Numbered from the stretch's first letter, positions 1-11,660 are shown. The stretch is 64,000 nt of DNA from an uncultured Planctomycetaceae bacterium (GCA_963813715.1 CAWFAK010000007.1:256001-320000), one strand, 5' to 3'. Program-made: numbers and translations. The notes: generated by a model not told the origin, from the sequence alone.

Positions 1-1653
1 GGCCCGATCCGGCGTCCCGCTGGCAGCCGGACGGATTGCATCGTCCGTCGGCCGTGATCCGTCTCGATCAGTTCGACTGGTCCGAAGGAACGTGGCAAGG
101 TCTGCCCCGCTCCGAACTCGTGCTCTACGAATTGCACGTGGGCACGTTTACTCCGGAAGGCACGTTCGACGCCCTGGCCGCCCGCCTCGAGGATCTCCGC
201 AGTCTGAGAGTGACGGCCGTCGAGCTGATGCCGGTCTGTCAGTTTCCCGGCGGGCGCAGTTGGGGCTACGACCTCGCGCATCCCTTTGCCGTGCAGAACA
301 CCTACGGCGGACCGCGAGGCCTGCAGCGGCTAGTGGCCGCCTGCCACCGCGTCGGTTTGGCCGTCTTTATCGACGTCGTCTACAACCACTTCGGTCCCGA
401 GGGGACTTACGTCGGCGACTTCGGTCCCTACTTCACCGATCGGTATAACACGCCGTGGGGTCGGGCCATCAATTATGACGACGCCGGCTGCGACGCCGTG
501 CGGGCCTATGTGCTCGACAACGTGCGGATGTGGATTCGCGACTTCCATGTCGACGGGCTGCGGGTCGACGCAGTGCACGCGGTCTACGATTTTGGGGCGC
601 GGCACATCTTGCGCGAGATCAAGCAGATGGCCGAGGCCGAAGCCTCGCGACTCGGACGTCCCGTGCACATCATCGCCGAAAGCGATCTCAACGACGTCCG
701 CTTGATCGATCCGCCGCGCGCCGGCGGCTACGGCCTGGACGCTCAGTGGGCCGACGATTTTCATCACGCCGTCCACGCCTTTCTGACCGGCGAGCGCACG
801 AGTTACTACTCCGACTTCGGCCGCGCCGAGCAGATCGTTAAAGCGCTCAATCAATCGTTTGTTTTCGACGGCATTCACAGCCCGTTTCGCAATCGGCGAC
901 ATGGCGGGCCACCGGGACCACACTCGGGCGATCGCTTCGTATTCGCCATTCAGAATCACGACCAGATCGGCAATCGGCCGCGCGGCGATCGCCTGGGCAC
1001 GATCCTGGAGCCTGCGCAACAGCGCGCTGGCGGCCGGACTGCTGTTGCTCGCGCCCTCGATCCCACTGATCTTCATGGGGGAGGAGTACGACGAAACGCG
1101 TCCCTTCCCCTACTTCTGCTCGTTCGAGGATCGGGAAATCGCCGACTCCGCCCGCCGCGGACGCCGGTTGGAATTTGCCTACGAGGGGAACGAAGACGAA
1201 GTCCCCGACCCGCAGGCGCGCGAAACCTTCGAGTCGGCGAAGCTGAGCTGGTCGTGGAAGGGATCGCGGCAAGCCGGCCTCCGGCAGCTGTATCAGACGC
1301 TGCTGGACCTCCGCCGGCGGCGATTTCCGCTGGCCCGCTCGCACGCGCATCGGGCCTCGCTGCTCAAAACTGGCACGGACAGTCCGGGAATTCTGCGGCT
1401 GGAACGATCGATTGCGGTCGAGAGTTGTGGCGCTCCCACCGGGGCCACCGGGGCACAGGAGGAATCGCTGGTCGCCTACTTCAATCTCGAGGGACGCGAG
1501 GAGCGGCTGCCGGACGGCGAACGGCCCGACGGACGATTGTTGCTCGCTTCCGAGGATCTGCGGTTCGGCGGCGCTCGCGAGGAGTCCGCCCCCGCGGATA
1601 TCCTGATGCCGTTCGAGTTCTGGATCTTTGGGCCGAGCCGTTGGAGCGATTGA
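1..1653 (+). CDS. treZ: Malto-oligosyltrehalose trehalohydrolase (GH13), 5'-truncated by window edge, apparent frameshift near 1030
   Basis: YELHVGTFT, WGYD, DVVYNHFGPEG, GLRVDAVH, IAESD and QNHDQIGNR in ORF 36; continues in ORF 859..1653 as LLLLAPSIPLIFMGEEY; stop TGA 1651-1653 overlaps the next ATG. Confidence 0.9.
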
Positions 1654-4600
1654 TGAGTTCCACGCTGACTCCCCAAGCCGCAATCCCCGAACGCGAAGCC
1701 GCGAGGCCCGTCATTGACGCACCGTTGATCGACGCCCAGCTGATCGACGCTCTGTTGGAATCGGTTAAAAGGCGTCTGCAAGAGCGACGGCTCCCCGAGG
1801 CCACGTACCGCCTGCAGGTGCACCACGCCTTCACCTTCCGCGACGCCCGGCGGATCGTCGATTACCTGGCAGCGCTCGGCGTCAGCGACTGTTATCTCTC
1901 GCCCTACATGATGGCCATCGCCGGCACCGAGCACGGCTATGACATCGTCAATCACAACACGCTCAATCCGGAGATCGGCAGCGAGCAGGACTATCACGCC
2001 TTCGTCGAAACGCTCAAGTCGCACGGGCTGGGGCAGATCATCGACGTGGTGCCCAATCACATGGGCGTCGGCGACGCAAATGCCTGGTGGACCGACGTGC
2101 TGGAAAACGGTCCCGGCTCGCCCTACGCCTCGTTCTTCGACATCGACTGGAACCCGCTCAAGCCCGACCTGGCCAATAAGGTCTTGCTCCCCATTCTGGG
2201 CGACCAGTTCGGCAAGGTGCTCGAGGAGCAGCAACTGGTGCTCGCCTTCGAGGATGGAGGCTTCTGGCTGCACTACTACCAGCGGCGGTTGCCCATCGCG
2301 CCCCACTCGTGGGCGACGATTCTCGGCTATCGCATCGAGGCTCTCGCGCAAGCACTCGCCGGGGACGAGCCGCACCTGCTCGAATACCAGAGCATCCTCA
2401 CGGGGATCGGCCATTTGCCCGGCATGACCGAGACGGATCCCCAGAAGGTCTGCGAGCGTCGCCGCGAAAAAGAAGTGCTCAAGCGGCGACTGAAGGAGCT
2501 GGCCGAGGCGACCCCCGCCGTCGACAAGTTCATTCAGGAAAATGTGACGCTCTTTAACGGGACGCGCGGCGAGCCGCAAAGCTTCGACTTGCTCGACCAG
2601 CTTCTGGCGGAGCAACCGTATCGGCTGGCCTATTGGCGGGTCGCCAGCGACGAGATCAATTATCGGCGGTTCTTCGACGTCAACGAGCTGGCCGCCATCT
2701 GCATGGAGAACGTCGACGTCTTCAACCAGACGCACCGTTTGATCCTGCAGTTGGTGAACCAGGGGCAGGTGCAAGGGTTGCGGATCGACCACCCCGACGG
2801 CCTGTACGATCCGCCCGAATATCTCCGCCGGCTGCAGAAGGCCCGCTTTCTGCAAATCTGCCGGCAGGCGTTCGACGAGGAGATTGCGCCCGCCGAATCA
2901 ACTGCTCCATCGGCCGAGCCGACAGCCGGCGTCTCCGCAGCGGCTGCAACGTCCGACCGCGCGGGCACCGGCGCGAACGGCAGCGCGTCCGCACAGTCCG
3001 CGCCATCCGCAGCGCCGACGTGGGAAACCCTGGAGCCGCTGCTCGTCGATCGCTTCGACACGCTCGCCCGCACCGAACGCAACGACGTGCTGATCCGTCC
3101 GCTCTATGTGGTGGTCGAAAAAATTCTCGAGCCCGGCGAACGTTTGCCGGAAAGCTGGCCCGTCCACGGCACGACGGGATACGACTTTTTGGCTCAGTTG
3201 AACGGCATCTTCGTCGACCGCACGAGCGCCAAGGCGTTCGACAAGCTGTACTCGCAGTTCATCAAGCACACGGTCAACGTCCAGGAGCTGGTCTACCGCT
3301 GCAAGCTCTTGATCATGCAAGTCTCGATGTCGGCGGAAGTCAGCATGCTGGGACACCAGCTCGATCGGATCTCCGAGCGCAATCGCCGGAGCCGCGACTT
3401 CACGCTCAACAGCCTGACGGAGGCCCTCCGCGAAGTGATCGCCTGCTTCCCCGTTTACCGCACGTACGTCACTGCGCCTCGGCGTGCTGGACCGCGACCG
3501 CCGCTACATCGAGCTGGCCGTCGCCCGGGCCAAGCGAAAAAATCCGGCGACGAGCGCCTCGATTTTCGATCTCGTCCGCGACGTGCTTTTACTCAGCCAA
3601 ACTTATGCTCCCGACGACGCCGCCCGTGAGGCCTTGGAACGTTTCGTCGGCCGGTTCCAGCAGTTCACCGGCCCGGTGATGGCGAAGGCCGTCGAGGATA
3701 CGGCTTTCTACATTCACAACCGGCTCGTTTCGCTCAACGAAGTCGGCGGAGATCCGGCGATCTTCGGCTCGCCCCTCTCCACGTTTCATCAGCAGAACCT
3801 CGAGCGGCAGGCGCACTGGCCGTACTCGCTCCTGGCGACCTCCACGCACGACACGAAGCGCAGCGAAGACGTGCGGGCGCGCATCAACGTCCTTTCGGAA
3901 ATGCCGCGAGAATTCCGTCGCCGGGTGTTCCGCTGGGCCCGCCTCAACCAGACGAAGAAGGCCCGCGTCGAAGAGGGCCCCGCCCCTTTGCGGAACGACG
4001 AGTTCCTGCTCTATCAGACGCTGATCGGTAGCTGGCCGCTCGAGCCGATGGACGCGGCCGCACGCGCCGCGTATTGCGAGCGGATCCAGAACTACATGCT
4101 CAAGGCGACGCGCGAAGCCAAGGTGATGACCAGCTGGGTCAGCCCCAACGAGGACTACGAACGGGCGACTCGCGAATTTGTCGCCGGGATCTTGGACCCG
4201 TCGCGGCGCAATGCCTTCCTGCCGGATTTCGAGCCCTTCGCCAAACAGATCTCCGAGCTGGGGCTGTGGAACTCGCTCTCGCAAACCGTGCTGAAGTTGA
4301 CCGGCGCCGGCGTGCCAGACCTCTACCAGGGAACCGAGATCTGGGACTTCAGCCTGGTCGATCCGGACAATCGTCGACCGGTCGACTACGAACGGCGTCG
4401 CGCGTTGCTCGCCTCGCTCGAGTCGCGGTTGGCACAATCGGTCGATCAGCTGGGAGACCTGTCGCGTGAGTTGGTCGCCAGTCCGCGGGACGGACGGATC
4501 AAACTTTTTGTCATTTGGCGGATGTTGAATTTCCGTCGGCAGCATCCGGGGCTGTTGACCAGCGGGCGCTATTTGCCACTCGATGCGACCGGTCCGCGGT

Positions 4601-4893
4601 CCGAACACGTCTGCGCGTTCGTTCGCAAGACGCCGCAATCGGCGCTGGTGGTCGTGGTCCCGCGGCTCATCGGAAAGCTGTGTGGCGAGGCGGGGGGCCC
4701 TCCGCTCGGTCGAGACCGTTGGGGCGACACATTCGTCAGCCTCCCCACCCAACTGCAATCTGCGAGTTTTCGCAACCTCTTCACGGGCGAAATCGTGGGG
4801 CCGAGCCAGCCCGGCTTTTCTGAAGCGGGCCGCTGGTCGATAGGGGACATACTGGCGACTTTTCCCGTCGCCGTCCTCGAACGCATCGACTGA
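1653..4893 (+). CDS. treY: Malto-oligosyltrehalose synthase, apparent frameshift near 3480
   Basis: ATYRLQ, HGYDIVNH, DVVPNHMG, INYRRFFDVNEL, GLRIDHPDGL, VVEKIL; then ORF 3484..4893 with STHDTKRSEDVRARI and DLYQGTE..SLVDPDNRRPVD. Confidence 0.92.
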
Positions 4894-5444
4894 ATTGTGT
4901 CCCCGCTGCTTTGCCGCGCCCGTTCTGCGCGCTCTCCATCGGAGCGTCGCAAGACTTGAATGTGGGCAGTCTGCGCAAAACGTAGGGGATGTTTGGAGGC
5001 CGAACCGATCGCGAATTGACCAACGTCAGAGCAAAATCCAGCCGCTGGGGGGACGATCGAGCGAAATCTCGCATGAAAAACGGGGATTCGGCAGCCGTGG
5101 TCAGGGGCCAGGCCGGCGGCACGTCTCTTGCGAAACTGCAAGGCGTTTGGATCGCACACATCCACCAAGAGGTACGGAAGGAATGAATCGCCACGCACGG
5201 ACGTGCCACTCGCATTTATGACTAAGGCCGAAGCAGTGAAGCAGGAACGGGCGACACGCCAATATTCCGTGCGGCAAACTCCCAACGCGATTCACCCCCA
5301 ACCGGTTAACGGCCCCGGCGCCGCCCGGGGCGGACGGATGAACGTCTTCGCAGCTCAGTCGCTCGTTGACGCGCGACCGTCCCGCTTGGGGCGATTCCGG
5401 CCAAGCCGGGGACGCTTGATCGGCGCCGGCGCCAACGGGCGCAA

Positions 5445-6152
5445 GTGCCCTTCCCGGCCACCACCGAGAAGTGGCAGGGATTCGGGTCCGGCCTGATTGG
5501 CATCTTCCGGGAACGTCTGGGAGCCCAGGAGACGCGGCGACGCTTGTTGCACGCCACTCCTGGTTTGCTCCCCTTTGTGCTTTGGGTCGTGCCCCACGAT
5601 CCGCCGTCGTCCGTCCGTTTCCTGAGCATTCTCGGCGGCTTGATCATCGTCCTGGCGGCGATCGCCTATTACCAGTTTGGTCGCGTCCAACGAGCGGCCG
5701 AAGGCGGCCGAGACGTCATGGGAGCGGTCTTTGGTTATGCCACGGTCGTGCTCGTCACGATGTTGTTGTGCCCGCGGCACGTCGAGCTGGCCTTCGCGGC
5801 GCTGGCCGTGCTGGCCTTCGGCGACGGCTCGGCCACTTTGGGTGGCCTGTTGATGCGCGGCCGCCGCCTGCCGTGGAATTCGCGGAAGTCCATTTTCGGC
5901 ACGATTTGTTTCGTGCTCGTGGCGACGCCGCTTGCCGCGCTCATCTATTGGGGCCAGGCTCACGACGCTTACGAAACGGCGGCCGTCCCCCATGTCGGCT
6001 TCCGCATGGCCCTCTTCGGCGCACTAGCGGCAGCGGGAGCGGCGGCTTTGGTCGAATCGCTCCCGGTGAAGTCGAACGACAATCTTCGCGTGGGAACGAC
6101 CGCGGCCGTCGTGCTGGTGATGTTCCAGTATCTGGTCGTCGGCTGGGCCTGA
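5445..6152 (+). CDS. CTP-dependent polyprenol/phytol/diacylglycerol kinase-like membrane protein
   Basis: Multi-TM; RRRLLH, FGDGSATLGG, LPWNSRKSIFG and VESLP..NDNL match the dolichol/phytol kinase family. Confidence 0.7.
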   Translation: MPFPATTEKWQGFGSGLIGIFRERLGAQETRRRLLHATPGLLPFVLWVVPHDPPSSVRFLSILGGLIIVLAAIAYYQFGRVQRAAEGGRDVMGAVFGYATVVLVTMLLCPRHVELAFAALAVLAFGDGSATLGGLLMRGRRLPWNSRKSIFGTICFVLVATPLAALIYWGQAHDAYETAAVPHVGFRMALFGALAAAGAAALVESLPVKSNDNLRVGTTAAVVLVMFQYLVVGWA

Positions 6153-6285
6153 GCGATTGTTGGCTTTGAACGACAATAGACAAACTCGGCCCCTCGCCGC
6201 CTCATTGTCTGTTAGCCGGTGGCGTGGCGATTGAGCGGCGTCCATCGGCGGTCAGTCGTGGCCGGCTCTTCGCCGAGGCGCTGTC

Positions 6286-6920
6286 ATGTCGAAACAGCCA
6301 ACTGAAACGCGCACAAGCCCGCACTCCGACGAAAATGGCACAACGTCACCTGGCCCGGACCGCTTTGGAGCGCGCTGGCGGCGGTCCTGTTGCTCTTGCT
6401 CACGATCGGTGCGGGGCTCGAAGTCCGGCATTACAAGGAACGACGCCTCATCGCGCGGCTCGAGCGTCTGGGAGCGCAATGTCGTACGACGGTCGTCGCT
6501 CCAAATTGGCTGCGAGAACTCGTTGGCGACCGTTGGCTGACACCTTTCGAGCGAACCAATGCCGTCCTCTTCAACTTCTACACGCCGCCGGATTTTAATC
6601 TCGCTGACGAAGATCTGTCTTGTCTGGCTGATCTGCCCAACCTGGAGCACTTGTCGCTAAACCGAACGCGTGTGACGGACGAGTCGCTCGTCCCGTGGGA
6701 GCGGCTACCGTCGCTCAAGATTTTGCGGCTCGTCGATACGGATGTCTCCGATGACTGCGTGGAGCATTTGTTGAAACTGACGACCCTCGAAGAACTCGAC
6801 CTGTACCGAACGCAGGTCACGGCCGCCGGAGCCACGCGACTGGAAAAACTGCCTAATCTGAGATTCTTTCGTGGGCCGGACACAGAATTTCCTCGATACC
6901 TTCCCCCGTCGTCCAAATAG
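6286..6920 (+). CDS. Membrane-anchored leucine-rich-repeat protein, apparent frameshift near 6370
   Basis: LPNLEHLSLNRTRVTD, LPSLKILRLVDTDVSD and LTTLEELDLYRTQVT repeats after a hydrophobic N-terminal segment; ATG 6286 lies in another frame. Confidence 0.7.
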
Positions 6921-6962
6921 TCGGCCGAGGCGCTCTTACGTCGGGTTCTGCAACACGCCAAC

Positions 6963-7003
6963 AAAAAAACCGAGGGACCCGGCCGCAGCCAAATCCCTCG
7001 GTT
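6963..7003 (-). terminator. Intrinsic terminator downstream of the 7028..7588 gene
   Basis: Minus strand AACCGAGGGA..TCCCTCGG followed by a run of 7 T. Confidence 0.65.
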
Positions 7004-7027
7004 CGATTTCAATTCAGTTCGTCGGGC

Positions 7028-7588
7028 TCAGTCGAGAATCTTGGAGGTGTCCTTCAAGATCTCGGCAATCGAGTCCGAGGTGAGCTGGCCGGGCGCGAAG
7101 GCGTGATTGACCTTCACGTCGCTCTTGACCCACATCAACACGGTGACGTCGGCCTTGTCGGAGAGCTGGTAGTCCGGCGGACCCATCGGGCCGTCGAAGA
7201 TCGTCAGCGGAACGTTCTCGATCTTGTTCTTCTCGGCCAGGGCCTTGAGCTTGGATTCGGCGTGATCCGGGTCGTCCGTGAGCAGGACGACGAACGCCTT
7301 CATCCGCTTGTCCTTGTTCTTGGCGACTTCCTCGTCGACCTTCTTCACGAGGGCAGTGACTTTGTCGTCGATCTTATGCGTGAAGACGGCGACCACCGGG
7401 TTGCCGCCGTAACGGCAGCGGTAGCAGAGCTTCGTGCCGGCAGCCGGGCCGGTCACGTCCTGCACCTGAAACGCGGCAGGCGCTTCGCCAGGCTTCAAGC
7501 CGGAGGCAATCTCGGCGGCTTTGACGCTGACGAAGCCGATGACGGCCGTCGCGAGGCCCGCCATCGCAAGAAGAGACAGTTTTCGCAT
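7028..7588 (-). CDS. Secreted thioredoxin/redoxin-like protein with CYRC motif
   Basis: Signal peptide MRKLSLLAMAG..VKAAE, GGAG RBS, GLKPGEAPAAF..LCYRC (CxxC). Confidence 0.6.
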   Translation of the reverse strand: MRKLSLLAMAGLATAVIGFVSVKAAEIASGLKPGEAPAAFQVQDVTGPAAGTKLCYRCRYGGNPVVAVFTHKIDDKVTALVKKVDEEVAKNKDKRMKAFVVLLTDDPDHAESKLKALAEKNKIENVPLTIFDGPMGPPDYQLSDKADVTVLMWVKSDVKVNHAFAPGQLTSDSIAEILKDTSKILD

Positions 7589-7769
7589 CACGTTCTCCAT
7601 CGTTTAAGTGGGCGAATCGTTGAGTTCAGAAGCCCAGTTCACCGTGCGGCAGTTCGCATTATGTTAGGCAGATCGGCCATTTCGGCCAAGCCGCAGCCGC
7701 GAGCCGGCAATGACATTTCCGAATGTTAAGAATCTACCAACACCTGTGCTCTTTTGAACATTTCCCGGG

Positions 7770-8336
7770 CTATTTGAGCGATTCGACGGCGGCAGCCACG
7801 GCCTTGGCATCGCCGGCCGGGTCAACCTTTGTGTTCTTGACGACGATCTTGCCCTGCTTGTCGATCACAAATGTCCACCGCTTGGCGGTGACGCCACGCT
7901 TCAGGTCGACCATCTTGCCGTTGGCGCCTTTGACCTTGGCTAACCGGCCGGGCCCGACGGGAACGCCGAACGCCTTGGCGATCTCGCCTTTCTCGTCGGC
8001 CAGCAGCGTGAAGTTGAGTTCTTTCACCTTCTTAAAGAGCTGGTGATTAGCCACCGAGTCGCCGCTGACGCCGACCACTTCGACGCCCTTGGCGGTGAGC
8101 GCCTGCATGTCGTCGCGGAAGCCACAGGCCTGCTTGGTGCAGCCGCCCGTGAGATCGGCCGGGTAGAAGTAAACGACGAGCACGCCCTTCCCCACGTGGT
8201 CGGCCGAATCCCAGGTCTTGCCCTGATCGTCGGTCGCCGTGAAGGACGGGGCTTTGTCGCCGACATCGATCGCACGGGCCGCATTCATGCCAACACCAAC
8301 AAATGCCAAGGCCAACAGCAACGCAAGCGGTTTCAT
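7770..8336 (-). CDS. Secreted peroxiredoxin (BCP/PrxQ type)
   Basis: Signal peptide; VGDKAPSF, YFYPADLTGGCTKQACGFRD, GVSGDS, RWTFVID. Confidence 0.88.
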   Translation of the reverse strand: MKPLALLLALAFVGVGMNAARAIDVGDKAPSFTATDDQGKTWDSADHVGKGVLVVYFYPADLTGGCTKQACGFRDDMQALTAKGVEVVGVSGDSVANHQLFKKVKELNFTLLADEKGEIAKAFGVPVGPGRLAKVKGANGKMVDLKRGVTAKRWTFVIDKQGKIVVKNTKVDPAGDAKAVAAAVESLK

Positions 8337-8378
8337 CGGCGGATTCTCCAGGCGGGCAGGTTCGGGCGGGTGATGCCC

Positions 8379-9362
8379 TCATTCTGTCACGCCGCGGAGC
8401 GGCCCGTCAACCGGGGCCGAACGCAGCTCGCCGGCCGGAGTGTGGGCGGCCAGTTGGGCGATCATGTCTTTGGTCGCCGCCTCGACCGCCTGCTCCCAGT
8501 TCGCCTCGCCAAAGCGACTCCGCCAGGGCTCGCGAGAGTGGGCGAAGTTGATGCCGCGGGCATTGTTGACGAGGGCGCCCAGCCCATTCTCGTCGAACGC
8601 CCCCGCGACGTCGGCCGCTCCGCCACCCTGCGTGCCGTAGCCCGGCACCAGCAAGGGCGCGTGCGGCATGAGGGCCCGCAGCTCGGTCAACTCGCGCGGC
8701 CAGGTCGCTCCGATGACGGCGCCCACCGCGCCGTATTTCTCGCTGCCGGCCGTTGAGGCGGCCAGTCCCTCCACCATTTGGGCGACGTGCTGATACATCG
8801 GCCGCCCGGCGGCGACCGGATCCTGAAACGTGCCGGCTCCCGCATTGCTCGTGCGCGTGAGCACATAGACACCCGCGCCGCGCTCGCGCGACAGCTTGAC
8901 GAAAGGCTCGAGCGTGTCGCTGCCCATGTAGGGATTCACCGTCACCGCGTCGGCCGCGAAGGGCGCCGCGTCCGGATCCTCGCCCGCCAGGTAGGCCGCC
9001 GCGTAAGCCTCGGCCGTCGAGCCGATGTCACCGCGCTTGGCGTCGCAGATCACGATCAAGCCGGCGTCGCGGGCTTTGCGAATCACCCGCGCCAGCACGG
9101 CCACGCCCTCGGGCCCCACTTGCTCGAAGAACGCTGACTGCGGTTTCACCGCCGGCACGAGCGGCGCCACGACGTCGATCAGGCGGAAGCAGAATTCTTC
9201 ATAGGCGGCCGCCGCGACCTCGGCGCGACTGCCCTGACAACGAGCCTCAGCCGCCCGGATGACCGGCGCGGGCAAATCGGCCAGACGCGGGTCGATGCCC
9301 ACCAGGGCCGCCGTCTGCTTTCGCAAAACGGCCGCGTTGAGCCGCACGCCGAATCCGGTCAT
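8379..9362 (-). CDS. pyrF: Orotidine-5'-phosphate decarboxylase
   Basis: VGIDP, AVKPQSAFFE, DAKRGDIGSTA, TVNPYMG, RTSN, LVPGYGTQGG. Confidence 0.93.
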   Translation of the reverse strand: MTGFGVRLNAAVLRKQTAALVGIDPRLADLPAPVIRAAEARCQGSRAEVAAAAYEEFCFRLIDVVAPLVPAVKPQSAFFEQVGPEGVAVLARVIRKARDAGLIVICDAKRGDIGSTAEAYAAAYLAGEDPDAAPFAADAVTVNPYMGSDTLEPFVKLSRERGAGVYVLTRTSNAGAGTFQDPVAAGRPMYQHVAQMVEGLAASTAGSEKYGAVGAVIGATWPRELTELRALMPHAPLLVPGYGTQGGGAADVAGAFDENGLGALVNNARGINFAHSREPWRSRFGEANWEQAVEAATKDMIAQLAAHTPAGELRSAPVDGPLRGVTE

Positions 9363-9675
9363 CGTCCGTCCGCTCGCTTCATTTCGACGTCTCAAGGTCG
9401 TCCGCTAACCCCAAAGCCGACACGGCGCGGACGATTTTGCCTCTGGTGACAGTTGTAACGCGCGTACGGACGGCCGCAAACCATCCGCGCAACTACCTAC
9501 GGCAGTCATGGCTCGACCGGGGATTGGACCAATTCCACCGGATGAGAGGCTTTCTGGGAGCAAGTTTTGATACCCGTGCTATTTTTTGCCGTCCCCAAAA
9601 CCGGGCAGAGATTCCGGTGACGTGGAGTTCGGCCGTGGGACGCGGCCATCGCCAGCGCGAAGCGAGAAATCTTCG

Positions 9676-10914
9676 ATGACTCTTGCCGATCTGGAAGCCA
9701 CTCCGGAAGTCACTCTGGAAAAAACGGTGCAGAACGAGATGGCCTATTCCTCCGCCACGACGTCCGTCCCCACCCTCCAGCCGGAAGAGAAGGAGCAGGC
9801 CCTCCGCGCCGCCAAGATCCTGATCGTCGATGACGAGCCGATCAACGTCAAACTGGTGCGGAAGTATCTCGTCCTGGAAGGCTATCACAACTTCGTCCTC
9901 TCCACCGACTCCCGCGAGGTGATGTCGCTCATCGAACGGGAGGAGCCCGACCTCGTGCTGCTCGACGTGATGATGCCGCACGTCAGCGGGCTCGACATTC
10001 TGTCCGCCATTCGCGCGAGCGAGAAATGGCGACACCTGCCGGTGATCATTCTGACGGCCGCGAGCGATCAGAATACCAAGCGCCGCGCCAACGAGCTGGC
10101 CGTCAACGACTTTCTCGGCAAGCCGGTCGACCCCCAAGAGCTGATTCCCCGCATTCGCAACGTGCTGATCGTCAAACAGCACTTCGATCACCTGCAAAAA
10201 TACTCCGAGCAGCTCGAAGCCGAAGTGCTGCGACGCACTGCGGAGTTGGCCCGCTCGCGGCAGGAAGTGATTCATTGCCTGGCCCGAGCAGCCGAGTTTC
10301 GCGACGACGACACCGGCCGGCACGTGTGCCGCGTCGGCCGCTACGCCCGGCTCATCGGCGAAGAGCTGGGCTGGAAGGGTGAACAGCTCGAAATGCTCGA
10401 GCAGGCCGCGCAGCTGCACGACATCGGCAAGATCGGCATCCCGGACTCGATTCTGCTCAAGCCGGGCAAGCTGGGGCCGGACGAAATCGAGATCATGCAG
10501 AAGCACAGCGCCTTCGGCAAACGGATCACCCAGAGCCTGCCCAATCACGAAATGAACTTGCTCCGCGGTCACGCCGAGCTGGGCTCGAAGCTCTTGCAAT
10601 CGACCGACTCGCCGATTCTCGCGCTGGCCGCCGTCATCGCCATCAGCCATCACGAGAAATTCGACGGCAGCGGGTACCCGTTGGGTCTCGCGGGCGAAGA
10701 CATTCCGATCGCCGGCCGCATCACGGCGGTGGCCGACGTGTTCGACGCACTCAGCAGCAAGCGTCCTTATAAGCCCCCCTACCCGGCCGAAAGATGTTTC
10801 GAGATGCTCGAAGAGGGACGGCGTCGCCACTTCGACCCGCACGTTTTAGACGCGTTCTTCCGCCGTCGCAAACAGATTATTGAAACCCAAATCCAGCTGG
10901 CCGACATCGATTAG
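9676..10914 (+). CDS. REC + HD-GYP response regulator (putative cyclic-dinucleotide phosphodiesterase)
   Basis: ILIVDDE..LLDVMMP..KP receiver; LHDIGK, HHEKFDGSGYP, VADVFDAL, KRPYK; start codon uncertain. Confidence 0.9.
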   Translation: MTLADLEATPEVTLEKTVQNEMAYSSATTSVPTLQPEEKEQALRAAKILIVDDEPINVKLVRKYLVLEGYHNFVLSTDSREVMSLIEREEPDLVLLDVMMPHVSGLDILSAIRASEKWRHLPVIILTAASDQNTKRRANELAVNDFLGKPVDPQELIPRIRNVLIVKQHFDHLQKYSEQLEAEVLRRTAELARSRQEVIHCLARAAEFRDDDTGRHVCRVGRYARLIGEELGWKGEQLEMLEQAAQLHDIGKIGIPDSILLKPGKLGPDEIEIMQKHSAFGKRITQSLPNHEMNLLRGHAELGSKLLQSTDSPILALAAVIAISHHEKFDGSGYPLGLAGEDIPIAGRITAVADVFDALSSKRPYKPPYPAERCFEMLEEGRRRHFDPHVLDAFFRRRKQIIETQIQLADID

Positions 10915-10941
10915 CGTCGGCGGGTTTCGGGCGAGCGCCGT

Positions 10942-11529
10942 TCAGAACAGTCCGATCGCGAAGAACACCGCCCCGGTCACACCCAGGGCCAGGCTGCCCA
11001 CCCACAGCCCGCTCTTCTTGGTCAGCACGGCGATTGCCGCCAGCGCAATGGCGATCTGGAAGAAGGTGACCGATCGCGCCAAGACGACATGATGTCGCAT
11101 GTGCGCGGCCGAGTCGGCTTCCTTCCTTTCCGCGGCCGTTTTCAGCTTTTCCATGTCGTGATCGTACTCCGCCAATTTGGCGGCGTCCTTCTCGCTCGAC
11201 GTCTTGCCGAGGTTGCCCAGCAGCTCGACTTTGGAGGCCAGGACCGTCGCCTTGATGCTCTTCGATTGATAGTGGCTCCACTCGTTGGCCGCGTCGATCT
11301 GTTCCAGCACGGCTTCATTCGCCGCGTGGCCGGCCAGGAGCGCGGCGACGGCGGCAATCACGGCCAAGAGCGCCGTCGTGAGGGCGACCCGCATATTAAA
11401 CGGGTTCGCTTCATGGGCGCCTCCCCCCGCATGTCGGCGACCATGATCGGCCCCGTGCGAACTTTCGTGAGCGGCTTCGTTCACCGTCTCGTGCAGATGC
11501 TCGGTCGGAACTTCGATCTCTTCGGGCAC
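10942..11529 (-). CDS. DUF4337-like membrane protein
   Basis: GTG start after GGGGAG; His-rich N-terminus, VALTTALLAVIAA, WSHYQSKSIK, FFQIAIALAAI. Confidence 0.7.
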   Translation of the reverse strand: MPEEIEVPTEHLHETVNEAAHESSHGADHGRRHAGGGAHEANPFNMRVALTTALLAVIAAVAALLAGHAANEAVLEQIDAANEWSHYQSKSIKATVLASKVELLGNLGKTSSEKDAAKLAEYDHDMEKLKTAAERKEADSAAHMRHHVVLARSVTFFQIAIALAAIAVLTKKSGLWVGSLALGVTGAVFFAIGLF

Positions 11530-11660
11530 TGGTGGAACTCCCCTCGGCCCAACAGAACGGCGCGCGATCTGCCCTCGATCATGCCGCTCGGGGCCGCCAG
11601 GAGCAAGATGCCGGTGCAGGCGAGAGTAGACGAGCGGCGATTTAACGAAGAACGGGTGCT

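Noticed and set aside
36..3629. Apparent 1197-aa TreZ-TreY fusion ORF
   Set aside because: Created by the frameshift near 1030. Residues after QNHDQIG are out-of-frame junk, the true TreZ C-terminus is in ORF 859..1653, and TreY has its own ATG at the TGATG overlap.
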